Shown here one piece after another: positions 27,053 to 36,937 of a stretch of DNA of 64,000 bases. How positions within the stretch are numbered: position 1 is the stretch's first letter; each line of letters starts with the position of its first letter. The position numbers and the translations under genes were made by a program. The notes below the pieces were generated by a model. The model had not been told where the DNA came from. It ran no database searches and saw only the letters and a program-made list of their open reading frames with translations. The DNA comes from an uncultured Alistipes sp. Lineage in GTDB: Bacteria; Bacteroidota; Bacteroidia; Bacteroidales; Muribaculaceae. The stretch covers positions 3,119 to 67,118 of the forward strand of contig CAZDWY010000009.1 of the NCBI GenBank assembly GCA_964509345.1, read 5' to 3'.

Positions 27053-28171
27053 TTAGCGAGCGGCTTTGAAATAAAGCAATACGGCAATGATAGTATATAT
27101 AAAATTGGGAATCCACATTGCTATGACCGGTGAAGTTAGACCGGATATGGCAAAAGAAGATGTGACGGTCATAAAGAGTATATAGCTGAAACTAAGCACC
27201 AGGCCGAGACCAATGTTGACCCCCATTCCGCCTTTGACTTTTTTCGAGGATAGTGACATGCCTATAACAGTAAGAATAAATGCAGCGGCGCACATGGCAA
27301 TACGTTTCTCATACTCAATCTCAAAGGTTTTGATGTTGGCGACACCGCGTTCTTTTTGCCGTGATATATATTCCCTTAGAGCCGGTGAGGTAAGCATGTC
27401 TTGATCTTTACTTGAGATAAGAAAGTCACGTGGCTCAAACGGTATAACGGTATCAAGCCTTTGTCCGCGAGTTATGAGTTCACGGTTATCCTTAAAATCG
27501 CGTATGACATAGTCGCGCACCTGCCATTGATAGAGGGTATCCCATTTGATAGACATGGATGTCAATCGAGAAATGAGTTTTTTGTCTTTGAATTGTTCAA
27601 GTGAGAATCTGAAGCCAGTATGTGTGGTATTATCGAATCTGCTCATATATGCAATAGTGCCGGGGGCTACCTGCAGCATTATATTATCACCATAATCCAC
27701 ACGTTTGTTCTTAACATATGTGTTTTCATAGTTAATACGTTTTATGTTGGCGGGGGGAATAATATATGCCCCGAGCAAAAATGTTCCAATTGCTATAATT
27801 GCCGCGGATATGAGATATGGACGCAGCAGGCGCCGGAAACTCATACCGCTAGAAAGCATGGCAATTATTTCTGAATTGTCGGCAAGTTTTGAGGTGAAAA
27901 AGATTACAGCGATGAAAGTAAACAGTGGCGAAAACTGATTTGCAAAATATGGGAGAAAATTAACGAAATACTCGAGTATAGTGGCCTTGAGCGGTGCTTT
28001 TAGAAATGCATCGAGTTTTTCATTTATGTCGAACATAACTGTAATCGCCAGAATGAGTATAATGGCGAATACGTATGTACCAAGAAATTTGCGTATGATG
28101 TACCAGTCGAGCAGACTCACTGGAGCTTTCCGCCAGAAAGCAGTCATTGCTGCGATTGATTCTCTTTTCAT
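27053..28171 (-). CDS. LptF/LptG family LPS export permease
   Basis: 372 aa with YjgP/YjgQ topology: 3 TM helices, a periplasmic beta-jellyroll and 3 TM helices. The N-terminus is LLDWYIIRKFLGTYVFAIILILAI. Confidence 0.85.
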   Translation of the reverse strand: MKRESIAAMTAFWRKAPVSLLDWYIIRKFLGTYVFAIILILAITVMFDINEKLDAFLKAPLKATILEYFVNFLPYFANQFSPLFTFIAVIFFTSKLADNSEIIAMLSSGMSFRRLLRPYLISAAIIAIGTFLLGAYIIPPANIKRINYENTYVKNKRVDYGDNIMLQVAPGTIAYMSRFDNTTHTGFRFSLEQFKDKKLISRLTSMSIKWDTLYQWQVRDYVIRDFKDNRELITRGQRLDTVIPFEPRDFLISSKDQDMLTSPALREYISRQKERGVANIKTFEIEYEKRIAMCAAAFILTVIGMSLSSKKVKGGMGVNIGLGLVLSFSYILFMTVTSSFAISGLTSPVIAMWIPNFIYTIIAVLLYFKAAR

Positions 28172-28215
28172 TTGAATTTAGAGTGATTAAATATAAATGT
28201 ACCGGTAATTGTCTG

Positions 28216-29346
28216 TCAAAGACGTTGTGTTACCTGTATCACCATTTTAGATTTCCAATCCGGGAAATCTCCTGCTAATATGTGCTTTCTTGCTTCTTTC
28301 ACAAGCCATAGGTAGAATGCAAGATTATGTATAGAAGCGATTTGCATGGCAAGAAGCTCCTGACTTATGAAAAGATGGCGAAGATAGGCCTTTGAATATA
28401 CTTGATCTACAAAGCAATCACTATCAGGCTGAATTGGTGAGAAATCATCAGCCCATTTTTTATTACGCATATTCATTATGCCATATGGTGTGAAGAGCAT
28501 TCCGTTTCTACCGTTTCTTGTAGGCATTACGCAATCCATCATATCTACACCACGGTCTATGGCTTCAAGAATATTAGCAGGTGTGCCTACTCCCATGAGA
28601 TAACGTGGGCGATCTTTTGGAAGTACATCATTAACTACCTCAATCATTTCATACATTGTCTCCGCGGGCTCCCCGACTGCCAGCCCACCGATTGCATTTC
28701 CGTCAGCTCCAAGCTCTGCGACTCTTTCTGCAGCTTCACGACGAAGGTCTTGGTACGTGCACCCCTGTACTATTGGAAAGAAACTTTGCGAATGACCGTA
28801 AAGAGGTGATGTTGTAGTGAAATGATCCCATCCTCGTTTGAGCCATCTCATGGTGAGATCAAGGGATTTCCTGGCATAATTCTTATCAGCAGTTCCTGGC
28901 GTGCACTCATCAAGAGCCATCATAATGTCAGATCCTATGATACGTTGTATATCAACAGTCTTTTCCGGTGTGAAAAGATGTTTAGAACCGTCGATATGAC
29001 TACGGAAGCAAACACCTTCTTCTGTAAGTTTTCGGTTGTCAGACAATGAAAAGACTTGAAATCCACCGCTATCGGTTAATATAGGTCTTTCCCAACCTCC
29101 GAATTTATGTAAACCACCGGCTTTTTCAAGTATTTCTGTACCTGGACGTAAATACAGATGATAGGTGTTTCCTAATATAATCTGTGCCATGATATCGTCA
29201 CGTAATTCACGCATGTGAACGCCTTTCATGGCACCGCATGTTCCTACCGGCATAAAGATTGGCGTTTCGATATCACCGTGATCTGTATGTATTACACCTG
29301 CACGCGCAGCCGTGCCTGCAGGAGTTGCTATCAGTTCAAATTCCAT
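28216..29346 (-). CDS. tgt: tRNA-guanine transglycosylase (queuine tRNA-ribosyltransferase)
   Basis: MEFELIATPAGTAARAGVIHTDHGDIETPIFMPVGT, LTDSGGFQVFS and a zinc-site region are typical of Tgt. The tracked ORF extends to 29385, but the ATG at 29346 matches the usual Tgt N-terminus. Confidence 0.95.
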   Translation of the reverse strand: MEFELIATPAGTAARAGVIHTDHGDIETPIFMPVGTCGAMKGVHMRELRDDIMAQIILGNTYHLYLRPGTEILEKAGGLHKFGGWERPILTDSGGFQVFSLSDNRKLTEEGVCFRSHIDGSKHLFTPEKTVDIQRIIGSDIMMALDECTPGTADKNYARKSLDLTMRWLKRGWDHFTTTSPLYGHSQSFFPIVQGCTYQDLRREAAERVAELGADGNAIGGLAVGEPAETMYEMIEVVNDVLPKDRPRYLMGVGTPANILEAIDRGVDMMDCVMPTRNGRNGMLFTPYGIMNMRNKKWADDFSPIQPDSDCFVDQVYSKAYLRHLFISQELLAMQIASIHNLAFYLWLVKEARKHILAGDFPDWKSKMVIQVTQRL

Positions 29347-29412
29347 ATCAGTTGCAAAGTTACAATTTTCCCGATATTTAGGCAATTGTTACAGAGTGGC
29401 TATCTATGTAGG

Positions 29413-29997
29413 CTATTGAATTTTTCCCTTAATATTTGCGAAAAATATATTCGCTTCCGATTGAGTATGGAATGCGGAGATTGGTATGAGAAGTTGTTTT
29501 AGTGGAAGACCTGGTCTAAACATAAGGCGTATATGGTTATTCCATTCGTCGCATGTTATTATATCTTTCGCACAGCACGTGTATGGAGCAGGAAGACGCG
29601 ATATTTTATCCTTGATATCTTCACTTTCTGTTTTACGATTCTCATCTGGAAGTTTGTCCTCCTCTTTTGATGGTAAATGATTATAGCTTAACCTGATTTT
29701 TGATGTTTCTGGATCGTAAAATATTGTAGTAGGGAATGCGGCTTCGCATATACCGGGTTGCGCCAGAAGACATATCCATGCGAACATCATCACTGTAGGG
29801 ATAGCAATAAATATGATCGCTCCAGCCACAATGAGCCATCGCCAGTCAACTGTCATGCCATAACATATTGGAACCAATGTAGATACAAAAGGTATCCACC
29901 AGTATTTACTCGCGAAACGTGATGCCGTTTCGCGAGCATAAACATGTGCCGGTACAATGAAATAGTCAGTCGATATTATACTTGATGAGGAATTCAT
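29413..29997 (-). CDS. Membrane protein, hypothetical
   Basis: 194 aa with two or three N-terminal TM helices and a soluble C-terminal domain. No recognisable motifs. Confidence 0.5.
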   Translation of the reverse strand: MNSSSSIISTDYFIVPAHVYARETASRFASKYWWIPFVSTLVPICYGMTVDWRWLIVAGAIIFIAIPTVMMFAWICLLAQPGICEAAFPTTIFYDPETSKIRLSYNHLPSKEEDKLPDENRKTESEDIKDKISRLPAPYTCCAKDIITCDEWNNHIRLMFRPGLPLKQLLIPISAFHTQSEANIFFANIKGKIQ

Positions 29998-30028
29998 GAA
30001 TTTTACGATGTAAGTCTGTCCGTCAGTA

Positions 30029-30724
30029 TCAGCTGGAAATGTGGCGAAAAAGTGATTTATAGTCTTTTCTGGTTCCTATGCATGTGAACTGATCTCCAAC
30101 CATTACAGTCTCATCATCATTATTGTTGTGTATTAAGGGGCGCATAGAAGCGCTTTCGATTCCGAGAATGTTAGTCTCTTTGTGCGGGCGTGACACGGCT
30201 ATTAATGTGAGCCCTAACATATTCTGCGGTGTAAGGCTGGAATAATTCATTCCATGGAAATATTCGGGTGCTATGAATTTCATTACCAGCGTATCATTGT
30301 CGATAGTGAGTGTTTCTACTGTATGGCCAAGAAGCATTTCGTTTACCAGATCTGAAGCTGCACGTTGTTCCGGATTAAGAATTCTGTCAACCTTGAGACC
30401 TTCTAAAATAGCTTTATGCAGTTCATCTATGGCTCTGGCATAAATTTTTCTTACACCGGTTTTTCTAAGCAACGCTACGGTCTTTATACTTGCCCCGAAA
30501 TTTTCTCCGATTGTGACTATGACAAGATCAACATTTTTGAGAGGGAGTACTCCTATGGCAGTTTCTTCTGTTGAATCTATAATATATGCGGTTGCGATAT
30601 AGTCTTTTATTGAGTCAACCTTCGAGGCTTTTATGTCAGCACCAATTACTTCATGACCAAGATCAGTAAGATCCTTTGCAAGATTTGTCCCGTATATACC
30701 GAGACCTATAATAAGGTAGCGCAT
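30029..30724 (-). CDS. trkA: Potassium uptake protein TrkA (RCK/NAD-binding)
   Basis: MRYLIIGLGIYGTNLAKDLTDLGHEVIGADI is a Rossmann/TrkA_N motif. The gene is adjacent to trkH. Confidence 0.85.
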   Translation of the reverse strand: MRYLIIGLGIYGTNLAKDLTDLGHEVIGADIKASKVDSIKDYIATAYIIDSTEETAIGVLPLKNVDLVIVTIGENFGASIKTVALLRKTGVRKIYARAIDELHKAILEGLKVDRILNPEQRAASDLVNEMLLGHTVETLTIDNDTLVMKFIAPEYFHGMNYSSLTPQNMLGLTLIAVSRPHKETNILGIESASMRPLIHNNNDDETVMVGDQFTCIGTRKDYKSLFRHISS

Positions 30725-30743
30725 AATAAATATTTTTGGGGGA

Positions 30744-32609
30744 TTAATTTATGATTATATTGTCTGCCGGGAAACGTGCCGGAGATGATTTATGTTCTCC
30801 TACTAAACCCGCAAGGAGCGATATGATACCTACACGTCCTAAAAACATCGCTGTACATAAAAGCATTTTAGAAGAGTTTTCAAGCATAGGAGTAATTCCA
30901 AGAGAGCTTCCCACAGTGAATAAAGCTGAGGCCGATTCATATAGCAGAGCCTTAACACTTAATTCTGGTTCCAGCCAGAGTAATATCATCGAATATAGTG
31001 CATATGTAACTATTGAGATTGCGATGACTGCGTGAGCACGGCGGAGTGATTGAACAGAGATTGTTCGTTTGAATACAGTGACACTGTCTTTTCCAAGGAT
31101 CACAGTCTTTAAATTTAACATCATAATTGCAAAGGTATTCACCTTTACACCTCCTGCAGTTGATTGAGAAGCTCCTCCTATCCACATGAGGATTATGAAC
31201 ATGACAAGTGTAATATTCATAAATCCAGTAGGGCTGACGGAGGAAAACCCGGATGACCGTGGAACCCATGAATTAAAAATGCTTTGCACAATCTTATCGT
31301 AAATTGACAAACCTGCAAGTGAATTGTTATATTCGAACAGTAAAAATAATAGTGTACTGGTGATAAATATTATTCCAGTAGTAAAAACAACAATTTTTGT
31401 ATTGAGATCATAGATATGAGAGGTATATCGTCTATGTTTCTGTCGTGAGAGATCATCCCAAATTCTTCTCAGATATCTTGCGGCAGCGGTTTTGAAATTA
31501 ACGAGAATAGGAAAACCGATTCCTCCTGCTAATACAAGTATACTGATTATTATATAAACAGATTGATTTGAGTGAAGTAGGACTGGATTGGATAGTCCTC
31601 CCTCAATATTAGAAAAACCAGCATTGCAGAATGCTGATAAAGAATGAAATGCAGAAAATATTATTTCGTCTTCCATCGGTATTCCGAGGGTATTGTGAAT
31701 TGACAGGAATATCGCGAGAGCTCCTAAAGTTTCTACAGCTATAGTGAAACATAGAATATAAAGAAGTGTCGGGATAAGTGTGTTGAATGTTTTGGAATAT
31801 ACCATATCTTTAACCATAAGTTGGCTATAAATAGAAGTATTTCCACTGAAGAATAGTGCGAAGAAGCTTGTAAAGGTCATAACTCCAAGTCCGCCAGTCT
31901 GAATGAGTATGGCAAGAACGAGAAGACCGGTGGGCGTGAACGTTTGCGCTACATCTACTGGCGTAAGGCCTGTAATGCATACTGCTGATGTTGAAATGAA
32001 TAGGGCATCTGTATAGTTCAGACTTCCGCTTGTACATTTGGGCATCATAAGTAGTAACGACCCAATCAAGATAAGAAATATAAAACTTGCCGAAAGAAGT
32101 AATGATGGATTTGTCCTTTTACCAATGGCAGCTAACATACCATATGATAATTCCATTGTAGCATACGCAGACAGTACTGACACTACAAATGCTCGGCTAT
32201 ATAGAATTTTTTCGAGAATTGGAATCCATGGGTGAATTGGGTGAGGATACAACAATGGCAAGAAGCTGATTAGCATTGCGGCATCTACAATCCATTTTAT
32301 TATGCGCGTCTGGCGGAATGTCTGACGGGCATTAATGATAAAATTATAAAGTACATTTATGATAAAAATGATATGACATCCTCTGAGAATTTGGAAAAGC
32401 AGTTTCGCGTCTTCCGGTTTATGATCGAATCCTCCGTATACAATAAGTGATGTCAGGCATATCAGGGATGTAATTGCAGTTACGATGTTAAGAGCTGAGG
32501 CGATGGTAATAATTGGACGCATAAAATGGCTCGTCAGCTGCAGATAGTTCTTTTTTATTTTCTGCCACTGACGAGTCATTATATTATATATGTCGGTAAT
32601 ACCGATCAT
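30744..32609 (-). CDS. trkH: TrkH/KtrB family potassium transporter
   Basis: 621-aa polytopic protein with selector-like motifs (TGGLGVMTF, FCNAGFS, GASQSTAGGVK). It carries an N-terminal extension relative to typical TrkH. Confidence 0.85.
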   Translation of the reverse strand: MIGITDIYNIMTRQWQKIKKNYLQLTSHFMRPIITIASALNIVTAITSLICLTSLIVYGGFDHKPEDAKLLFQILRGCHIIFIINVLYNFIINARQTFRQTRIIKWIVDAAMLISFLPLLYPHPIHPWIPILEKILYSRAFVVSVLSAYATMELSYGMLAAIGKRTNPSLLLSASFIFLILIGSLLLMMPKCTSGSLNYTDALFISTSAVCITGLTPVDVAQTFTPTGLLVLAILIQTGGLGVMTFTSFFALFFSGNTSIYSQLMVKDMVYSKTFNTLIPTLLYILCFTIAVETLGALAIFLSIHNTLGIPMEDEIIFSAFHSLSAFCNAGFSNIEGGLSNPVLLHSNQSVYIIISILVLAGGIGFPILVNFKTAAARYLRRIWDDLSRQKHRRYTSHIYDLNTKIVVFTTGIIFITSTLLFLLFEYNNSLAGLSIYDKIVQSIFNSWVPRSSGFSSVSPTGFMNITLVMFIILMWIGGASQSTAGGVKVNTFAIMMLNLKTVILGKDSVTVFKRTISVQSLRRAHAVIAISIVTYALYSMILLWLEPELSVKALLYESASALFTVGSSLGITPMLENSSKMLLCTAMFLGRVGIISLLAGLVGEHKSSPARFPADNIIIN

Positions 32610-32622
32610 ATGGTGATGAATA

Positions 32623-33306
32623 TTACTTCAACGGTGTGAGTTCAAAACCACAGTTCAGACCATCGTAGGAGTTAAGCATTGATGCGACTGTTTTTAATGT
32701 AGACTGACCACTGATGGACGCAATAGTATTAACTAATGTGATCAGTTTAGAAGCATCGAAGGTGATGGTTAACTTTGATCCTACCTTTTCAACGTGGCTT
32801 TTAAAATGTCCCAAAGGTATTTTTCCACCGGCGTTGAATTTGAAAATAAAATCGCCAGTCTCAGAATCAATGTCTTTTTCAAATGTGCCAGTGAGCTTTA
32901 TTTTTTTTATTGTGAATTGAAAAGTCTTGTCTTTATTGAATGTAGCTTTAAGCTGGTTGATACCGACCTTTTCATAATAAGGAGCAAGTTTAGAAGTTAT
33001 TACACCAGATGCAGCCGCTCCACCAGCTTTTTGGAGAAGGTTGCTACTTTGGAATGCTACGGCTGGAGCGGAATATTGATAATTACCGACAAGGTCTTCC
33101 TCAGTAAGATTACTTTTGGATATAAGCCCTTCCACCAGACCCTGAAGTCCGGATAAGACATCGCTGCTCCCGGATTTGGTATCGGAACTTCCACTTCCCA
33201 ATGATGATGCAGCTCCTTTTAAAAGGTCTTTGAGATCGGGCGATGCATAAGATGATGGTACAATTAATGCACCCAGAAGAATCATAAAAATGGTAATTCG
33301 TTTCAT
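32623..33306 (-). CDS. Secreted lipocalin-like protein (DUF4923-like from memory)
   Basis: The ATG at 33306 gives the signal peptide MKRITIFMILLGALIVPSSYA. A Ser/Gly-rich linker follows, then a beta-rich domain (GNYQYSAPAVAFQSSNLLQKAGG...). Confidence 0.55.
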   Translation of the reverse strand: MKRITIFMILLGALIVPSSYASPDLKDLLKGAASSLGSGSSDTKSGSSDVLSGLQGLVEGLISKSNLTEEDLVGNYQYSAPAVAFQSSNLLQKAGGAAASGVITSKLAPYYEKVGINQLKATFNKDKTFQFTIKKIKLTGTFEKDIDSETGDFIFKFNAGGKIPLGHFKSHVEKVGSKLTITFDASKLITLVNTIASISGQSTLKTVASMLNSYDGLNCGFELTPLK

Positions 33307-33429
33307 AAATAAACAGTTAATAAAAAGTTCGGGAGGCGAGTCATCCATATCTGGGACAGTCGACCTCTTTTCGATAAAACAAATTCACTTCCGAGAAGGT
33401 TGATATATACTGCAAAAAGTGATTTCATG

Positions 33430-33437
33430 CAAAAGTA
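33430..33437 (-). promoter_or_regulatory. -7 box TACTTTTG (minus strand)
   Basis: TAnnTTTG match upstream of the minus-strand gene run that starts at 33306. Confidence 0.35.
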
Positions 33438-33510
33438 ATAAAAAATATTGGTAAATCATAGTTTTATTTCCAGTTGCGATTTATGGTGAAAAATGTAGTG
33501 CACTAATCTT

Positions 33511-33542
33511 TTTGGAAAATGGGAAATTAATGATTAACTTTA
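33511..33542 (+). promoter_or_regulatory. Candidate promoter TTTG-N20-TAACTTTA for the beta-barrel/PCMD cluster
   Basis: A -33-like TTTG at 33511-33514 and a one-mismatch -7 box at 33535-33542, about 100 nt upstream of the ATG at 33646. Confidence 0.3.
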
Positions 33543-33645
33543 CAAAAAATTTACAAATACTTTATAGTTGAGTGTCCAAGATCTGCTTAGGCAGTATCAT
33601 TTAATGGCATTAATTTAGACGGTTAGCCGCTATTTGCATCTCGTT

Positions 33646-34380
33646 ATGATAAAACGAATATTGATATGTCTGTTTGTGCTCTGCGGGACTGCTGTGCAGG
33701 GAAATGCCCAGGTCGAGTTTAAGCGTGGGTTGGAGCAAATATCATTTATTCCCAAAGGTCAGTGGATTACCGGTGTGAGTGTAAGTTTCTCCCAATCGAA
33801 TCAAGATAAATATCAGTTTTTAATTATTGAGAATATCGGGGGAGATGCATATACTTTCAAAATAAGTCCGATGCTAATGTATTGTTTTCAGGACAATATG
33901 GCAGCGGGTGGAAAATTTGCTTATACCCGAACACGAACCCGACTGGACAACGCAAGTGTGAAGATTGATAGTGAAACAGATTATAATATAGAAAATTTAT
34001 ATTCTATTTCCCATAATTATTCTGTAATGGGAGCATTCCGAAACTATGTCAGTCTGGGTCGAAGCCGTCGGTTTGCATTCTTCAATGAAGTGCAGTTGCA
34101 GGTCGGTGGAGGACAGTCGAAAATTGCTAATGGTAAGGGTACAGATTTTTCCGGGACATTTCAAAATTCCTGGAATGTTAATGTTGGTCTGGCTCCTGGA
34201 ATGGTTATGTTTCTCAACAATTATTCTGCAATAGAGGTAAATGTAGGAGTATTGGGTTTTTCTTATAATCATACCACTGCCACTACAGACCGCATATATG
34301 AGGCATCATATAATACGAAGGAAGCTCGTTTTAAAATAAATCTGTTTTCCATTACATTCGGTGTTGCATTTTATCTGTAA
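33646..34380 (+). CDS. Outer-membrane beta-barrel protein (paralog A)
   Basis: The ATG at 33646 gives the signal peptide MIKRILICLFVLCGTAVQGNAQ. It shares the motifs FIPKGQW, FRNYVSLGRSRRFAFFNEVQL and the C-terminus FKINLFSITFGVAFYL with the next gene. Confidence 0.6.
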   Translation: MIKRILICLFVLCGTAVQGNAQVEFKRGLEQISFIPKGQWITGVSVSFSQSNQDKYQFLIIENIGGDAYTFKISPMLMYCFQDNMAAGGKFAYTRTRTRLDNASVKIDSETDYNIENLYSISHNYSVMGAFRNYVSLGRSRRFAFFNEVQLQVGGGQSKIANGKGTDFSGTFQNSWNVNVGLAPGMVMFLNNYSAIEVNVGVLGFSYNHTTATTDRIYEASYNTKEARFKINLFSITFGVAFYL

Positions 34381-34402
34381 CGTTTATGCTTTATCCCGAA
34401 AT

Positions 34403-35290
34403 ATGAGTAGATTCATAAAAAGAACGGTTCTATTAGTGATAACCATGCTCATGGCATCGGCAAGCTTTGGTAAAGTATTGCCTTTTAATATTCTCGATAA
34501 ATTAGCTCATTCGAATAAAATTCCTCTGGATTCCGTAGCTATGCAAGATGGCGCGGATGATGAGCTGGTTATAATCAAAGGTGACACAGTCAGTGTAATT
34601 TTACCTCAAAAGAACTACGGACGATATGATCGAGGACTGTTTAATTATCTTTTTATTCCCAAGGGTCAATGGTCTTTTGGAATGTTAGCTTCGTATGGCG
34701 AATTTAACAGTGATGATGTTCAGTTACTTTCGATGTTGAAAAATTTCAATATCAAGGTAAAAGCGTATTCATTACAACCGTCTGTCGCATATTTTTTTGA
34801 TAATAATCAGTCGATCGGGGTAAATTTTAAATATACCCGCATGTATGCCGATCTTGCTGGATTGACTTTTGATTTTAGCGATGATATGAACTTTTCACTA
34901 TCTAATGTAAGCTATTATTCAAAAAGTTATTCATCTGCGGTAGCATACCGGAATTATATAGGACTAGGGCGTGACAGACGTTTTGGAGTATTTAACGAAG
35001 TTGAATTGGCTTTTGGGGCCGGATCGTCACGTTTTATGCGCTATTATAACGATGAACTGTTTGATACACGAACAAGTTCGGTCTCAGCCGCAATGAATTT
35101 TTCGCCAGGTGTATGCGTGTTCATCATGGATTATGTCAGTTTCAATGTTTCGTTTGGAGTGTTCGGAGTGAATTTCCATCACGAAAAACAAAGTACAAAT
35201 GGAGTTGACGAAGGGCGCCGTTTTTCATCTGGTGCGAATTTCCGGTTCAATATATTCAATATTAATTTCGGCATGGCAGTATATATATGA
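34403..35290 (+). CDS. Outer-membrane beta-barrel protein (paralog B)
   Basis: The ATG at 34403 gives MSRFIKRTVLLVITMLMASASFG. Motifs FIPKGQW, YRNYIGLGRDRRFGVFNEVEL and the C-terminus FRFNIFNINFGMAVYI parallel paralog A. Confidence 0.6.
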   Translation: MSRFIKRTVLLVITMLMASASFGKVLPFNILDKLAHSNKIPLDSVAMQDGADDELVIIKGDTVSVILPQKNYGRYDRGLFNYLFIPKGQWSFGMLASYGEFNSDDVQLLSMLKNFNIKVKAYSLQPSVAYFFDNNQSIGVNFKYTRMYADLAGLTFDFSDDMNFSLSNVSYYSKSYSSAVAYRNYIGLGRDRRFGVFNEVELAFGAGSSRFMRYYNDELFDTRTSSVSAAMNFSPGVCVFIMDYVSFNVSFGVFGVNFHHEKQSTNGVDEGRRFSSGANFRFNIFNINFGMAVYI

Positions 35291-35302
35291 GGTAGATTTA
35301 TT

Positions 35303-36886
35303 ATGGAAAAGTTTTGCAAAGTGAGCGCCGGAATGCAGTTATTTGCGTTCGCGATATTGATGATACTTTTGAGCGGGTGTCTAAAAAATGATATTCCGTA
35401 CCCTCGTATTCAGCCTGATTTCACTGAAATATCAGCAGATGGGCTTACAAAAGATGCTGAGATTGACACAGAGAACCGTCTGATAACTCTTTCGTTTGAT
35501 GAAAGTGTCGATATCAGTAATGTTCAGATCACGTCATACGCTTTAACGCCGGGTGCATGGATTGTTTCTGGGAATCTTGATCAGCCTATTGATTTGTCTA
35601 AATTTTATATAACGACTTTACGTCTGTATCAGAACTATGATTGGGTGATACAGGGCAAACAGAATATTGAAAGATATTTTACTGTTGAAAATCAAGTCGG
35701 AGGTACAATTATTGATGTGATTGGTCGAAGAGTGGTTGTAACTGTTTCAGGTCGTGAATCATTAAAATCTGTAAAAGTACTGACTATGAAACTTGGTCCT
35801 GAAAATGCAGTTCAGACACCGGATCTTACGGGAGAAACTATTAGCCTTGAACGCCCGGTTCAGGTTGTAGTCAGTGCCTTTGGGAAAAATGAAGAATGGA
35901 CAATTTATGGTGAATTTGTAGAAAGTTCCGTATCAACAGTGAGTGCCGACGCTTGGTCGCAGGTTGCTTGGGTGTATGGTTCTGGAGTCGCCGGTAAAGA
36001 TAACGGTGTTGAATATCGCGTTGTCGGAGCCAACGATTGGGAGAAGGTTCCTAAGGAATGGGTAACTCATACAGGAGGCACATTCTGTGCTCGAATTATA
36101 AATCTTAATCCTCTGACTGAATATGAGGCGCGTGCATATTCTGATACAGAGTATGGCGAAGTTGTTAAATTTACCACAGGGGGAGTTGTACAAGTACCAA
36201 ATACTACATTGAGTGAATGGAGTAAAGATGGGAAAGTATGGAATCCTTGGGCAGAAGGTGATGAACCTTATTGGGGTACCGGAAATAAAGGGGCTACTAC
36301 ATTAGGTGAGAGCAATACAGTACCGACAGAAGATACATCATCAGGAAACGGACTTGCTGCCAAACTTGAGACACGGTTTATCGGCATAGGTATAATAGGT
36401 AAACTTGCTGCTGGAAATATTTTCGTCGGTTCATATGTCAGGACTGATGGAACCAACGGAGTTCTCAGTATGGGACGACCATTTAATGAGAGACCTACGA
36501 AATTACGTGGATATTTAAAATATGAATGTAAACCGATCAGCCATACTAACAATGAATATACTCATCTTAAAGGTGAGCCGGATACATGCATTGTCTGGTG
36601 TGCTTTGATCGACTCTGCTGAACCGTTGGAAATCCGTACGAATCCGGCTAACCGTAATCTTTTCGAGCCAGCAGCTGATTATGTAGTGGCCTATGGAAAG
36701 TTTCAAAGCGGTCAGTCTATTCCGGAATATATTCCATTTGAATTTGATCTTGAGTATAGATCCACTTCCCGTATCCCTAAATACATTCTAATTACAGCGA
36801 GTGCAAGTAAATATGGTGACTTCTTTACAGGAGGAGCTGGAAGCGTGTTATATATCGATGATCTTGAACTCCTTTATGATTATTGA
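35303..36886 (+). CDS. Lipoprotein with a C-terminal PCMD-like (putative carbohydrate metabolism) domain
   Basis: Lipobox ILLSGCLKND and Ig-like N-terminal repeats. The C-terminal YWGTGNKGATTLGESNTVPTEDTSSGNGLAAKLETRFIGIGIIGKLAAGNIFVGSY...ASKYGDFFTGGAGSVLYIDDLEL matches my memory of the PCMD family. Confidence 0.65.
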   Translation: MEKFCKVSAGMQLFAFAILMILLSGCLKNDIPYPRIQPDFTEISADGLTKDAEIDTENRLITLSFDESVDISNVQITSYALTPGAWIVSGNLDQPIDLSKFYITTLRLYQNYDWVIQGKQNIERYFTVENQVGGTIIDVIGRRVVVTVSGRESLKSVKVLTMKLGPENAVQTPDLTGETISLERPVQVVVSAFGKNEEWTIYGEFVESSVSTVSADAWSQVAWVYGSGVAGKDNGVEYRVVGANDWEKVPKEWVTHTGGTFCARIINLNPLTEYEARAYSDTEYGEVVKFTTGGVVQVPNTTLSEWSKDGKVWNPWAEGDEPYWGTGNKGATTLGESNTVPTEDTSSGNGLAAKLETRFIGIGIIGKLAAGNIFVGSYVRTDGTNGVLSMGRPFNERPTKLRGYLKYECKPISHTNNEYTHLKGEPDTCIVWCALIDSAEPLEIRTNPANRNLFEPAADYVVAYGKFQSGQSIPEYIPFEFDLEYRSTSRIPKYILITASASKYGDFFTGGAGSVLYIDDLELLYDY

Positions 36887-36937
36887 GTGATACGATGATA
36901 GTGAGAAATTAATTGGTAATAGCTTGATAATTTTGTT